Shown here one piece after another: positions 48,501 through 63,500 of a stretch of 64,000 bases of DNA; position 1 is the first letter of the stretch, and the number at the start of each line of letters is the position of its first letter. Made by a program: the position numbers and the translations under genes. A model generated the notes under the pieces. That model saw only the letters and a list, made by a program, of their open reading frames with translations. It did no database searches and was not told where the DNA came from. The DNA lies in the NCBI GenBank assembly GCA_030390025.1, contig CM059432.1, forward strand, positions 111,726,001 to 111,790,000, read 5' to 3'. The DNA comes from Squalus acanthias (Eukaryota).

Positions 48501-51500
48501 GAGCCCGGCACAGATATAACGAGTGTGAGAGCCCGGCACAGATATAACCAGCGGGAGAGCGGGCACAGATATAACGAGCGGGAGAGCCCGGAACAGATAT
48601 AACGAGCGTGGAGAGCGGGCACACATGTAACGAGCAGGAGAGCCCGGCACAGATATAACGAGCGGGAGTGTGGGCACAGATATAATGAGCGGGAGAGCCC
48701 GGCACAGATATAACGAGCGGGAGATCCCAGCACAGATATAATGAGAGGGAGAGTGGGCTCAGATATAACGAGCGGGAGAGCGGGCACAGATATAACGAGC
48801 AGGAGAGCGGGCACAGATATAACGAGAGGGAGAGCGGGCACAGATATAACGAGTAGGAGAGCCCGGCACAGAAATAACGAGCGGGAGAGCGGGCACAGAT
48901 ATAACGAGCAGGAGACCACGGCACAGATATAACGAGTAAGAGAGCCCGGCACAGATATAACGAGTAGGAGAGCCCGGCACAGATATAACGAGCAGGAGAG
49001 CGGGCACAGATATAACGAGCGGGAGAGCGGGCACAGATATAACGAGCGGGAGAGCGGGCACAGATATAACGAGCAGGAGAACGAGAACAGTTATAACGAG
49101 CGCGAGAGCGGGCACCGATATAAAGAGCGGGAGAACGAGAACAGTTATAACGAGCGGGAGAGCGGGCACAGATATAACGAGCAGGAGAACGAGAACAGTT
49201 ATAACGAGCGGGAGAGCGGGCACAGATATAACGAGCAGGAGAGCGGGCACAGATATAACGAGTGGGAGAGCGGGCACAGATATAACGAGCGGGAGAGCGG
49301 GCACAGATATAACGAGCAGGAGAGCGGGCACAGTTTTAACGAGCGGGAGAGCCCGGCACAGATATAACGAGCGGGAGAGCGGGCACAGATATAACGAGCA
49401 GGAGAGCGGGCACAGTTTTAACGAGCGGGAGAGCCCGGCACAGATATAGCGAGCGGGAGAGCGGGCACAGATATAACGAGCAGGAGAGCGGGCACAGATA
49501 TAACGAGCGGGAGAGCCCGGCACAGATATAACGAGTGGGAGAGCGGGTACAGATATAACGAGTGGGAGAGCGGGCACAGTTTTAACGAGCGGGAGAGCGG
49601 GCGCAGATATAACGAGCAGGACAGCCCGGCACAGATATAACGTGCGGGAGAGCGGGCACAGATATAACGAGCAGGAGAGCGGGCACAGATATAACGAGAG
49701 GGAGAGCGGGCTTAGATATAACGAGAGGGAGAGCGGGCTCAGATATAACGAGCAGGAGAGCCCGGCACAGATATAACGAGTAGGAGAGCCCGGCACAAAT
49801 ATAACGAGTGGGAGAGCGGGCACAGATATAACGAGCAGGAGAGCGGGCACAGATATAACGAGCGGGAGAGCGGGCACAGATAAAATGAGAGGGAGAGCGG
49901 GCACAGATATAATGAGCGGGAGAGCGGGTATGATATAACGAACAGGAGAGTGGGCACAGATATAACGAGCAGGATAGTGTGCACAGATATAACGAGCAGG
50001 AGAGCGGGCACAGATATAACGAACAGGAAAGCGGGCACAGATATAACGAGCGGGAGAGCGGGTATGATATAACGAACAGGAGAGTGGGCACAGATATAAC
50101 GAGCAGGATAGCGGGCACAGATATAACGAGAGGGAGAGCGGGCACAGATATAACGAGTGGGAGAGCGGGGACAGATGTAACGAGCGGGAACAGATATAAC
50201 GAGCGGGAGTGCGGGCACAGATATAACGAGCGGGAGAGCGGGCACAGATATAACGAGCGGGAGAGCACGGCACAGATATAACGAGCAGGAGAGTCCGGCA
50301 CAGATATAACGAGCGGGAGAGCGGGCACAGATATAACGAGCAGGACAGCGGGCTCAGATATAACGAGTAGGAGAGCCCGGCACAGATATAACGAGTGGGA
50401 GAGCGGGCACAGATATAACGAGTGGGAGAGCGGGCACAGTTTTAACGAGCGGGAGAGCCCGGCACAGATATAACGAGCGGGAGAGCGGGCACAGATATAA
50501 CGAGTGGGAGAGCGGGCACAGTTTTAACGAGCGGGAGAGCCCGGCACAGTTATAACGAGCGGGAGAGCGGGCACAGATATAACGAGCGGGAGAGCATGGC
50601 ACAGATATAACGAGCAGGAGAGTCCGGCACAGTTATAACGATCGGGAGAGCGGGCACAGATATAACGAGCGGGAGAGCACGGCACAGATAGAATGAGCAG
50701 GAGAGTCCGGCACAGATATAACGAGCGGGAGAGCGGGCGCAGATATAACGAGTGGGAGAGCGGGCACAGTTTTAACGAGCGGGAGAGCCCGGCACAGTTA
50801 TAACGAGCGGGAGAGCGGGCACAGATATAACGAGCAGGAGAGCGGGCACAGATATAACGAGCGGGAGAGCCCGGCACAGATATAACGAGCAGGAGAGTCC
50901 GGCACAGATATAACGAGTGGGAGAGCGGGTACAGATATAACGAGCGGGAGAGCGGGCACAGATATAACGAGCGGGAGAATGAGAACAGTTATAACGAGCG
51001 GGAGAGCCCGGCACAGCTATAACGAGCAGGAGAGTCCGGCACAGATATAACGAGTGGGAGAGCCCGGCACAGATATAACGAGTGGGAGAGCGGGCACAGT
51101 TTTAACGAGCGGGAGAGCCCGGCACAGATATAACGAGCGGGAGAGCGGGCACAGATATAACGAGCGGGAGAGCGGGCGCAGATATAACGAGCAGGAGAGC
51201 CCGGCACAGATATAACGTGCGGGAGAGCGGGCACAGATATAACGAGCAGGAGCGCCCGGCACAAATATAACGAGTGGGAGAGCGGGCACAGATATAACGA
51301 GCAGGAGAGCGGGCACAGATATAACGAGCGGGAGAGCGGGCACAGATATAACGAGCAGGAGAACGAGAACAGTTATAACGAGCCCGAGAGCGGGCACCGA
51401 TATAATGAGCGGGAGAACGAGAACAGTTATAACGAGTGGGAGAGCGGGCACAGATATAACGAGCAGGAGAACGAGAACAGTTATAACGAGCGGGAGAGCG

Positions 51501-54500
51501 GGCACAGATATAACGAGCAGGAGAGCGGGCACAGATATAACGAGTGGGAGAGCGGGCACAGATATAACGAGCGGGAGAGCGGGCACAGATAAAATGAGAG
51601 GGAGAGCGGGCACAGATATAACGAGCGGGAGAGCGGGTATGATATAACGAACAGGAGAGTGGGCACAGATATAACGAGCAGGATAGTGTGCACAGATATA
51701 ACGAGCAGGAGAGCGGGCACAGATATAACGAACAGGAGAGTGTGCACAGATATAACGAGCAGGATAGCGGGCACAGATATAACGAGAGGGAGAGCGGGCA
51801 CAGATATAACGAGTGGGAGAGCGGGGACAGATGTAACGAGCGGGAACAGATATAACGAGCGGGAGAGTGGGCACAGATATAATGAGCGGGAGAGTGGGCA
51901 CAGATATAACGAGCGGGACAGTGGGCACAGATATAACGAGCGTGAGAGCGGGCACAGATATAACGAGTGGGAGTTACCGGCACAGATAAAACGAGCGGGA
52001 GAGCGGGCACAGATATAACGAGCGGGAGAGCGGGCACAGATATAACGAGCGTGAGAGCGGGCACAGATATAACGAGTGGGAGTTACCGGCACAGATAAAA
52101 CGAGCGGGAGAGCTGGCACAGATATAACGAGCGGGAGAGCGGGCACAGATATAACGAGCGGGACAGTGGGCACAGATATAACGAGCGTGAGAGCGGGCAC
52201 AGATATAACGAGTGGGAGTTCCCGGGACAGATATAACGAGCGGGAGAGCGGGCACAGATAAAACGAGCGGGAGAGGCCGGCACAGATATAACGAGCGGGA
52301 GAGCGGGCACAGATATAACGAGCGGGAGAGCGGGCACAGATATAATGAGCGGGAGAGCGGGCACAGATATAACGGGCAGGAGAGCCCGGCACAGATATAA
52401 CGAGCAGGAGAGCCCGGCACAGATATAACGAGCGGGAGAGCGGGCACAGTTTTAACGAGCGGGAGAGCGGGCACAGATATAACGAGCGGGAGAGCCCGGC
52501 ACAGATATAACGAGTGTGAGAGCCCGGCACAGATATAACCAGCGGGAGAGCGGGCACAGATATAACGAGCGGGAGAGCCCGGAACAGATATAACGAGCGT
52601 GGAGAGCGGGCACACATGTAACGAGCAGGAGAGCCCGGCACAGATATAACGAGCGGGAGTGTGGGCACAGATATAATGAGCGGGAGAGCCCGGCACAGAT
52701 ATAACGAGCGGGAGATCCCAGCACAGATATAATGAGAGGGAGAGTGGGCTCAGATATAACGAGCGGGAGAGCGGGCACAGATATAACGAGCAGGAGAGCG
52801 GGCACAGATATAACGAGAGGGAGAGCGGGCACAGATATAACGAGTAGGAGAGCCCGGCACAGATATAACGAGCGGGAGAGCGGGCACAGATATAACGAGC
52901 AGGAGAGCCCGGCACAGATATAACGAGTAAGAGAGCCCGGCACAGATATAACGAGTAGGAGAGCCCGGCACAAATATAATGAGTGGGAGAGCGGGCACAG
53001 ATATAACGAGCAGGAGAGCGGGCACAGATATAACGAGTGGGAGAGCGGGCACAGATATAACGAGCGGGAGAGCGGGCACAGATATAACGAGTAGGAGAAC
53101 GAGAACAGTTATAACGAGCGCGAGAGCGGGCACCGATATAAAGAGCGGGAGAACGAGAACAGTTATAACGAGCGGGAGAGCGGGCACAGATATAACGAGC
53201 AGGAGAACGAGAACAGTTATAACGAGTGGGAGAGCGGGCACAGATATAATGAGCAGGAGAGCGGGCACAGATATAACGAGTGGGAGAGCGGGCACAGATA
53301 TAGCGAGCGGGAGAGCGGGCACAGATATAACGAGCAGGAGAGCGGGCACAGTTTTAACGAGCGGGAGAGCCCTGCACAGATATAACGAGCGGGAGAGCCC
53401 GGCACAGATATAACGAGCAGGAGAGCCCAGCACAGATATAACGAGCGGGAGAGCGGGCACAGATATAACGAGCAGGAGAGCGGGCACAGTTTTAACGAGC
53501 GGGAGGGCCCGGCACAGATATAGCGAGCGGGAGAGCGGGCACAGATATAACGAGCAGGAGAGCGGGCACAGATATAACGAGCGGGAGAGCCCGGCACAGA
53601 TATAACGAGTGGGAGAGCGGGTACAGATATAACGAGTGGGAGAGCGGGCACAGTTTTAACGAGCGGGAGAGCGGGCGCAGATATAACGAGCAGGACAGCC
53701 CGGCACAGATATAACGTGCGGGAGAGCGGGCACAGATATAACGAGCAGGAGAGCGGGCACAGATATAACGAGAGGGAGAGCGGGCTTAGATATAACGAGA
53801 GGGAGAGCGGGCTCAGATATAACGAGTAGGAGAGCCCGGCACAGATATAACGAGCGGGAGAGCGGGCACAGATATAACGAGCGGGAGAGCCCGGCACAGA
53901 TATAACGAGTAGGAGAGCCCGGCACAGATATAACGAGCAGGAGAGCCCGGCACAGATATAACGAGTAGGAGAGCCCGGCACAAATATAACGAGTGGGAGA
54001 GCGGGCACAGATATAACGAGCGGGAGTGCGGGCACAGATATAACGAGCGGGAGAGCGGGCACAGATATAACGAGCGGGAGAGCACGGCACAGATATAACG
54101 AGCAGGAGAGTCCGGCACAGATATAACGAGCGGGAGAGCGGGCACAGATATAACGAGCAGGACAGCGGGCTCAGATATAACGAGTAGGAGAGCCCGGCAC
54201 AGATATAACGAGTGGGAGAGCGGGCACAGATATAACGAGTGGGAGAGCGGGCACAGTTTTAACGAGCGGGAGAGCCCGGCACAGATATAACGAGCGGGAG
54301 AGCGGGCACAGATATAACGAGTGGGAGAGCGGGCACAGTTTTAACGAGCGGGAGAGCCCGGCACAGTTATAACGAGCGGGAGAGCGGGCACAGATATAAC
54401 GAGCGGGAGAGCACGGCACAGATATAACGAGCAGGAGAGTCCGGCACAGTTATAACGAGCGGGAGAGCGGGCACAGATATAACGAGCGGGAGAGCACGGC

Positions 54501-57500
54501 ACAGATAGAACGAGCAGGAGAGTCCGGCACAGATATAACGAGCGGGAGAGCGGGCACAGATATAACGAGTGGGAGAGCGGGCACAGTTTTAACGAGCGGG
54601 AGAGCCCGGCACAGTTATAACAAGCGGGAGAGCGGGCACAGATATAACGAGCAGGAGAGCGGGCACAGATATAACGAGCGGGAGAGCCCGGCACAGATAT
54701 AACGAGCAGGAGAGTCCGGCACAGATATAACGAGTGGGAGAGCGGGTACAGATATAACGAGCGGGAGAGCGGGCACAGATATAACGAGCGGGAGAATGAG
54801 AACAGTTATAACGAGCGGGAGAGCCCGGCACAGCTATAACGAGCAGGAGAGTCCGGCACAGATATAACGAGTGGGAGAGCCCGGCACAGATATAACGAGT
54901 GGGAGAGCGGGCACAGTTTTAACGAGCGGGAGAGCCCGGCACAGATATAACGAGCGGGAGAGCGGGCACAGATATAACGAGCGGGAGAGCGGGCGCAGAT
55001 ATAACGAGCAGGAGAGCCCGGCACAGATATAACGTGCGGGAGAGCGGGCACAGATATAACGAGCAGGAGCGCCCGGCACAAATATAACGAGTGGGAGAGC
55101 GGGCACAGATATAACGAGCAGGAGAGCGGGCACAGATATAACGAGCGGGAGAGCGGGCACAGATATAACGAGCAGGAGAACGAGAACAGTTATAACGAGC
55201 CCGAGAGCGGGCACCGATATAATGAGCGGGAGAACGAGAACAGTTATAACGAGTGGGAGAGCGGGCACAGATATAACGAGCAGGAGAACGAGAACAGTTA
55301 TAACGAGCGGGAGAGCGGGCACAGATATAACGAGCAGGAGAGCGGGCACAGATATAACGAGTGGGAGAGCGGGCACAGATATAACGAGCGGGAGAGCGGG
55401 CACAGATAAAATGAGAGGGAGAGCGGGCACAGATATAACGAGCGGGAGAACGGGTATGATATAACGAACAGGAGAGTGGGCACAGATATAACGAGCAGGA
55501 TAGTGTGCACAGATATAACGAGCAGGAGAGCGGGCACAGATATAACGAACAGGAGAGTGTGCACAGATATAACGAGCAGGATAGCGGGCACAGATATAAC
55601 GAGAGGGAGAGCGGGCACAGATATAACGAGTGGGAGAGCGGGGACAGATGTAACGAGCGGGAACAGATATAACGAGCGGGAGAGTGGGCACAGATATAAT
55701 GAGCGGGAGAGTGGGCACAGATATAACGAGCGGGACAGTGGGCACAGATATAACGAGCGTGAGAGCGGGCACAGATATAACGAGTGGGAGTTACCGGCAC
55801 AGATAAAACGAGCGGGAGAGCGGGCACAGATATAACGAGCGGGAGAGCGGGCACAGATATAACGAGCGTGAGAGCGGGCACAGATATAACGAGTGGGAGT
55901 TACCGGCACAGATAAAACGAGCGGGAGAGCTGGCACAGATATAACGAGCGGGAGAGCGGGCACAGATATAACGAGCGGGACAGTGGGCACAGATATAACG
56001 AGCGTGAGAGCGGGCACAGATATAACGAGTGGGAGTTCCCGGGACAGATATAACGAGCGGGAGAGCGGGCACAGATAAAACGAGCGGGAGAGGCCGGCAC
56101 AGATATAACGAGCGGGAGAGCGGGCACAGATATAACGAGCGGGAGAGCGGGCACAGATATAATGAGCGGGAGAGCGGGCACAGATATAACGGGCAGGAGA
56201 GCCCGGCACAGATATAACGAGCAGGAGAGCCCGGCACAGATATAACGAGCGGGAGAGCGGGCACAGTTTTAACGAGCGGGAGAGCGGGCACAGATATAAC
56301 GAGCGGGAGAGCCCGGCACAGATATAACGAGTGTGAGAGCCCGGCACAGATATAACCAGCGGGAGAGCGGGCACAGATATAACGAGCGGGAGAGCCCGGA
56401 ACAGATATAACGAGCGTGGAGAGCGGGCACACATGTAACGAGCAGGAGAGCCCGGCACAGATATAACGAGCGGGAGTGTGGGCACAGATATAATGAGCGG
56501 GAGAGCCCGGCACAGATATAACGAGCGGGAGATCCCAGCACAGATATAATGAGAGGGAGAGTGGGCTCAGATATAACGAGCGGGAGAGCGGGCACAGATA
56601 TAACGAGCAGGAGAGCGGGCACAGATATAACGAGAGGGAGAGCGGGCACAGATATAACGAGTAGGAGAGCCCGGCACAGATATAACGAGCGGGAGAGCGG
56701 GCACAGATATAACGAGCAGGAGAGCCCGGCACAGATATAACGAGTAAGAGAGCCCGGCACAGATATAACGAGTAGGAGAGCCCGGCACAAATATAACGAG
56801 TGGGAGAGCGGGCACAGATATAGCGAGCGGGAGAGCGGGCACAGATATAACGAGCAGGAGAGCGGGCACAGTTTTAACGAGCGGGAGAGCCCTGCACAGA
56901 TATAACGAGCGGGAGAGCCCGGCACAGATATAACGAGCAGGAGAGCCCGGCACAGATATAACGAGCGGGAGAGCGGGCACAGATATAACGAGCAGGAGAG
57001 CGGGCACAGTTTTAACGAGCGGGAGAGCCCGGCACAGATATAGCGAGCGGGAGAGCGGGCACAGATATAACGAGCAGGAGAGCGGGCACAGATATAACGA
57101 GCGGGAGTGCCCGGCACAGATATAACGAGTGGGAGAGCGGGTACAGATATAACGAGTGGGAGAGCGGGCACAGTTTTAACGAGCGGGAGAGCGGGCGCAG
57201 ATATAACGAGCAGGACAGCCCGGCACAGATATAACGTGCGGGAGAGCGGGCACAGATATAACGAGCAGGAGAGCGGGCACAGATATAACGAGAGGGAGAG
57301 CGGGCTTAGATATAACGAGAGGGAGAGCGGGCTCAGATATAACGAGTAGGAGAGCCCGGCACAGATATAACGAGCGGGAGAGCGGGCACAGATATAACGA
57401 GCGGGAGAGCCCGGCACAGATATAACGAGTAGGAGAGCCCGGCACAGATATAACGAGCAGGAGAGCCCGGCACAGATATAACGAGTAGGAGAGCCCGGCA

Positions 57501-60500
57501 CAAATATAACGAGTGGGAGAGCGGGCACAGATATAACGAGCAGGAGAGCGGGCACAGATATAACGAGCGGGAGAGCGGGCACAGATAAAATGAGAGGGAG
57601 AGCGGGCACAGATATAATGAGCGGGAGAGCGGGTATGATATAACGAACAGGAGAGTGGGCACAGATATAACGAGCAGGATAGTGTGCACAGATATAACGA
57701 GCAGGAGAGCGGGCACAGATATAACGAACAGGAAAGCGGGCACAGATATAACGAGCGGGAGAGCGGGTATGATATAACAAACAGGAGAGTGGGCACAGAT
57801 ATAACGAGCAGGATAGCGGGCACAGATATAACGAGAGGGAGAGCGGGCACAGATATAACGAGTGGGAGAGCGGGGACAGATGTAACGAGCGGGAACAGAT
57901 ATAACGAGCGGGAGTGCGGGCACAGATATAACGAGCGGGAGAGCCCGGCACGGATATAATGAGCAGGAGAGTCCGGCACAGATATAACGAGTGGGAGAGC
58001 CCGGCACAGATATAACGAGTGGGAGAGCGGGCAGAGTTTCAACGAGCAAGAGAGCCCGGCACAGTTATAACGAGCGGGAGAGCGGGCACAGATATAACGA
58101 GCGGGAGAGCGGGCACAGTTTTAACGAGCGGGAGAGCCCGGCACAGTTATAACGAGCGGGAGAGCGGGCACAGATATAACGAGGGGGAGAGCGGGCACAG
58201 ATATAACGAGCAGGAGAGCGGGCACAGATATAACGAGCGGGAGAGCCCGGCACAGATATAACGAGCAGGAGAGTCCGGCACAGATATAACGAGTGGGAGA
58301 GCGGGTACAGATATAACGAGCGGGAGAGCGGGCACAGATATAACGAGCGAGAGAATGAGAACCGTTATAACGAGCGGGAGAGCCCGGCACAGATATAACG
58401 AGCGGGAGAGCGGGCACAGATATAACGAGCGGGAGAGCGGGCACAGATATAAAGAGCAGGAGAGCAGGCACAGATATAACGAGCGGGAGAGCCCGGCACA
58501 GATATAACGAGCAGGAGAGTCCGGCACAGATATAACGAGTGGGAGAGCGGGTAAAGATATAACGAGCGGGAGAGCGGGCACAGATATAACGAGCGAGAGA
58601 ATGAGAACAGTTAGAACGAGCGGGAGAGTCCGGCACAGATATAACGAGTGGGAGAGCCTGGCACAGATATAATGAGTGGGAGAGCGGGCACAGTTTTAAC
58701 GAGCGGGAGAGCCCAGCACAGATATAACGAGCGGGAGAGCGGGCACACATATAACGAGCGGGAGAGCGGGCGCAGATATAACGAGCAGGAGAGCCCGGCA
58801 CAGATATAACGTGCGGGAGAGCGGGCACAGATATAACGAGCAGGAGAGCGGGCACAGATATAACGAGAGGGAGAGCGGGCACAGATATAACGAGAGGGAG
58901 AGCGGGCACAGATATAACGAGAGGGAGAGCGGGCTCAGATATAACGAGTAGGACAGCCCGGCACAGATATAACAAGCGGGAGAGCGGGCACAGATATAAC
59001 GAGCAGGAGAGCCCGGCACAAATATAACGAGTGGGAGAGCGGGCACAGATATAACGAGCAGGAGAGCGGGCACAGATATAACGAGCGGGAGAGCGGGCAC
59101 AGATATAACGAGCAGGAGAACGAGAACAGTTATAACGAGCACGAGAGCAGGCACCGATATAATGAGCGGGAGAACGAGAACAGTTATAACGAGCGGGAGA
59201 GCGGGCACAGATATAACGAGCAGGAGAACGAGAACAGTTATAACGAGCGGGAGAGCGGGCACAGATATAACGAGCAGGAGAGCGGGCACAGATATAACGA
59301 GTGGGAGAGCGGGCACAGATATAACGAGCGAGAGAGCGGGCACAGATAAAATGAGAGGGAGAGCGGGCACAGATATAACGAGCGGGAGAGCGGGTATGAT
59401 ATAACGAACAGGAGAGTGGGCACAGATATAACGAGCAGGATAGTGTGCACAGATATAACGAGCAGGAGAGCGGGCACAGATATAACGAACAGGAGAGTGG
59501 GCACAGATATAACGAGCAGGATAGCGGGCACAGATATAACGAGAGGGAGAGCGGGCACAGATATAACGAGTGGGAGAGCGGGGACAGATGTAACGAGTGG
59601 GAACAGATATAACGAGCGGGAGAGTGGGCACAGATATAATGAGCGGGAGAGTGGGCACAGATATAACGAGCGGGACAGTGGGCACAGATATAACGAGCGT
59701 GAGAGCGGGCACAGATATAACGAGTGGGAGTTACCGGCACAGATAAAACGAGCGGGAGAGCGGGCACAGATATAACGAGCGGGAGAGCGGGCACAGATAT
59801 AACGAGCGTGAGAGCGGGCACAGATATAACGAGTGGGAGTTACCGGCACAGATAAAACGAGCGGGAGAGCGGGCACAGATATAACGAGCGGGAGAGCGGG
59901 CACAGATATAACGAGCGGGACAGTGGGCACAGATATAACGAGCGTGAGAGCGGGCACAGATATAACGAGTGGGAGTTCCCGGGACAGATATAACGAGCGG
60001 GAGAGCGGGCACAGATAAAACGAGCGGGAGAGGCCGGCACAGATATAACGAGCGGGAGAGCGGGCACAGATATAATGAGCGGGAGAGCGGGCACAGATAT
60101 AACGGGCAGGAGAGCCCAGCACAGATATAACGAGCAGGAGAGCCCGGCACAGATATAACGAGCGGGAGAGCGGGCACATTTTAACGAGCGGGAGAGCGGG
60201 CACAGATATAACGAGCGGGAGAGCCCGGCACAGATATAACGAGTGGGAGAGCCCGGCACAGATATAACCAGCGGGAGAGCGGGCACAGATATAACGAGCG
60301 GGAGAGCCCGGCACAGATATAACGAGCGTGGAGAGCGGGCACACATGTAACGAGCAGGAGAGCCCGGCACAGATATAACGAGCGGGAGTGTGGGCACAGA
60401 TATAACGAGCGGGAGAGCCCGGCACAGATATAATGAGAGGGAGAGCGGGCACAGATATAACGAGCAGGAGAGCCCGGCACAGATATAACGAGTAAGAGAA

Positions 60501-63500
60501 CCCGGCACAGATATAACGAGTAGGAGAGCCCGGCACAAATATAACGAGTGGGAGAGCGGGCACAGATATAACGAGCGTGGAGAGTGGGCACACATGTAAC
60601 GAGCAGGAGAGCCCGGCACAGATATAACGAGCGGGAGTGTGGGCACAGATATAACGAGCGGGAGAGCCCGGCACAGATATAATGAGAGGGAGAGCGGGCA
60701 CAGATATAACGAATGGGAGAGACCGGCACAGATATAACGAGTGGGAGAGCCCGGCACAGATATAACCAGCGGGAGAGCGGGCACAGATATAACGAGCGGG
60801 AGATCCCAGCACAGATATAACGAGAGGGAGAGTGGGCACAGATATAACGAGCGGGAGAGCGAGCACAGATATAACGAGCAGGAGAGCGGGCACAGATATA
60901 ACGAGAGGGAGAGCGGGCACAGATATAACGAGTAGGAGAGCCCGGCACAGATATAACGAGCGGGAGAGCGGGCACAGATATAACGAGCGGGAGAGCGGGC
61001 ACAGATATAACGAGCAGGAGAGCTCGGCACAGATATAACGAGTAAGAGAGCCCGGCACAGATATAACGAGTAGGAGAGCCCGGCACAATTATAACGAGTG
61101 GGAGAGCGGGCACAGATATAACGAGCAGGAGAGCGGGCACAGATATAACGAGCGGGAGAGCGGGCACAGATATAACGAGCAGGAGAACGAGAACAGTTAT
61201 AACGAGCGCGAGAGCGGGCACCGATATAATGAGCGGGAGAACGAGAACAGTTATAACGAGCGGGAGAGCGGGCACAGATATAACGAGCAGGAGAACGAGA
61301 ACAGTTATAACGAGCGGGAGAGCGGGCACAGATATAACGAGCGGGAGAGCGGGCACAGATAAAATGAGAGGGAGAGCGGGCACAGATATAACGAGCGGGA
61401 GAGCGGGTATGATATAACGAACAGGAGAGTGGGCACAGATATAACGAGCAGGATAGTGTGCACAGATATAACGAGCAGGAGAGCGGGCACAGATATAACG
61501 AACAGGAGAGTGGGCACAGATATAACGAGCAGGATAGCCGGCACAGATATAACGAGAGGGAGAGCGGGCACAGATATAACGAGTGGGAGAGGGGGGACAG
61601 ATGTAACGAGCGGGAACAGATATAACGAGCGGGAGAGTGGGCACAGATATAATGAGCGGGAGAGTGGGCACAGATATAACGAGCGGGACAGTGGGCACAG
61701 ATATAACGAGCGTGAGAGCGGGCACAGATATAACGAGTGGGAGTTACCGGCACAGATAAAACGAGCGGGAGAGCGGGCACAGATATAACGAGCGGGAGAG
61801 CGGGCACAGATATAACGAGCGTGAGAGCGGGCACAGATATAACGAGTGGGAGTTACCGGCACAGATATAACGAGAGGGAGAGCGGGCACAGATATAACGA
61901 GTAGGAGAGCCCGGCACAGATATAACGAGCGGGAGAGCGGGCACAGATATAACGAGTAGGAGAGCGGGCACAGATATAACGAGCGGGAGAGCGGGCACAG
62001 ATATAACGAGCAGGAGAGCTCGGCACAGATATAACGAGCGGGAGAGCGGGCACAGATATAACGAGTAAGAGAGCCCGGCACAGATATAACGAGTAGGAGA
62101 GCCCGGCACAATTATAACGAGTGGGAGAGCGGGCACAGATATAACGAGCAGGAGAGCGGGCACAGATATAACGAGCGGGAGAGCGGGCACAGATATAACG
62201 AGCAGGAGAACGAGAACAGTTATAACGAGCGCGAGAGCGGGCACCGATATAATGAGCGGGAGAACGAGAACAGTTATAACGAGCGGGAGAGCGGGCACAG
62301 ATATAACGAGCAGGAGAACGGGCACAGATATAACGAGTGGGAGAGCCCGACACAGATATAACGAGCGGGAGAGCGGGCACAGATATAACGAGCAGGAGAG
62401 CCCGGCACAGATATAACAAGCGGGAGAGCCCGGCACAGATATAACGAGCAGAAGAGTCCGGCACAGATATAACGAGTGGGAGAGCCCGGCACAGATATAA
62501 CGAGCGGGAGAGCGGGCACAGATATAACGAGCAGGGAGAGTCCGGCACAGATATAACGAGTGGGAGAGCCCGGCACAGATATAACGAGCTGGAGAGCGGG
62601 CACAGATATAACGAGCGGGAGAGCGGGCATAGATATAACGAGTGGGAGAGCCCGGCACAGATATAACGAGTGGGAGAGCCCGGCACAGATATAACGAGCG
62701 GGAGAGCGGGCACAGATATAACGAGCAGGAGAGCGGGCACAGTTTTAACGAGCGGGAGAGCCCGGCACAGATATAGCGAGCGGGAGAGCGGGCACAGATA
62801 TAACGAGCGGGAGAGCGGGCACAGATATAACGAGCAGGAGAGTCCGGCACAGATATAATGAGCAGGAGAGTCCGGCACAGATATAACGAGCGGGAGAGCG
62901 GGCACAGATATAACGAGCAGGAGAGCGGGCACAGTTTTAACGAGCGGGAGAGCCCGGCACAGATATAACGAGTGGGAGAGCCCGGCACAGATATAATGAG
63001 TGGGAGAGCGGGCACATTTATAACGAGCGGGAGAGCGGGCGCAGATATAACGAGCAGGAGAGCCCGGCACAGATATAACGTGCGGGAGAGCGGGCACAGA
63101 TATAACGAGCGGGAGAGCGGGCACAGATATAACGAGCAGGAGAGCGGGCACAGATATAACGAGAGGGAGAGCGGGCTCAGATATAACGAGTAGGAGAGCC
63201 CGGCACAGATATAACGAGCGGGAGAGCGGGCACAGATATAACGAGCAGGAGAGCCCGGCACAGATATAACGAGTAGGAGAGCCCGGCACAAATATAACGA
63301 GTGGGAGAGCGGGCACAGATATAACGAGCAGGAGAGCGGGCACAGATATAACGAGCGGGAGAGCGGGCACAGATATAACGAGCAGGAGAACGAGAACAGT
63401 TATAACGAGCGCGAGAGCGGGCACCGATATAATGAGCGGGAGAACGAGAACAGTTATAAGGAGCGGGAGAGCGGGCACAGATATAACGAGCAGGAGAGCG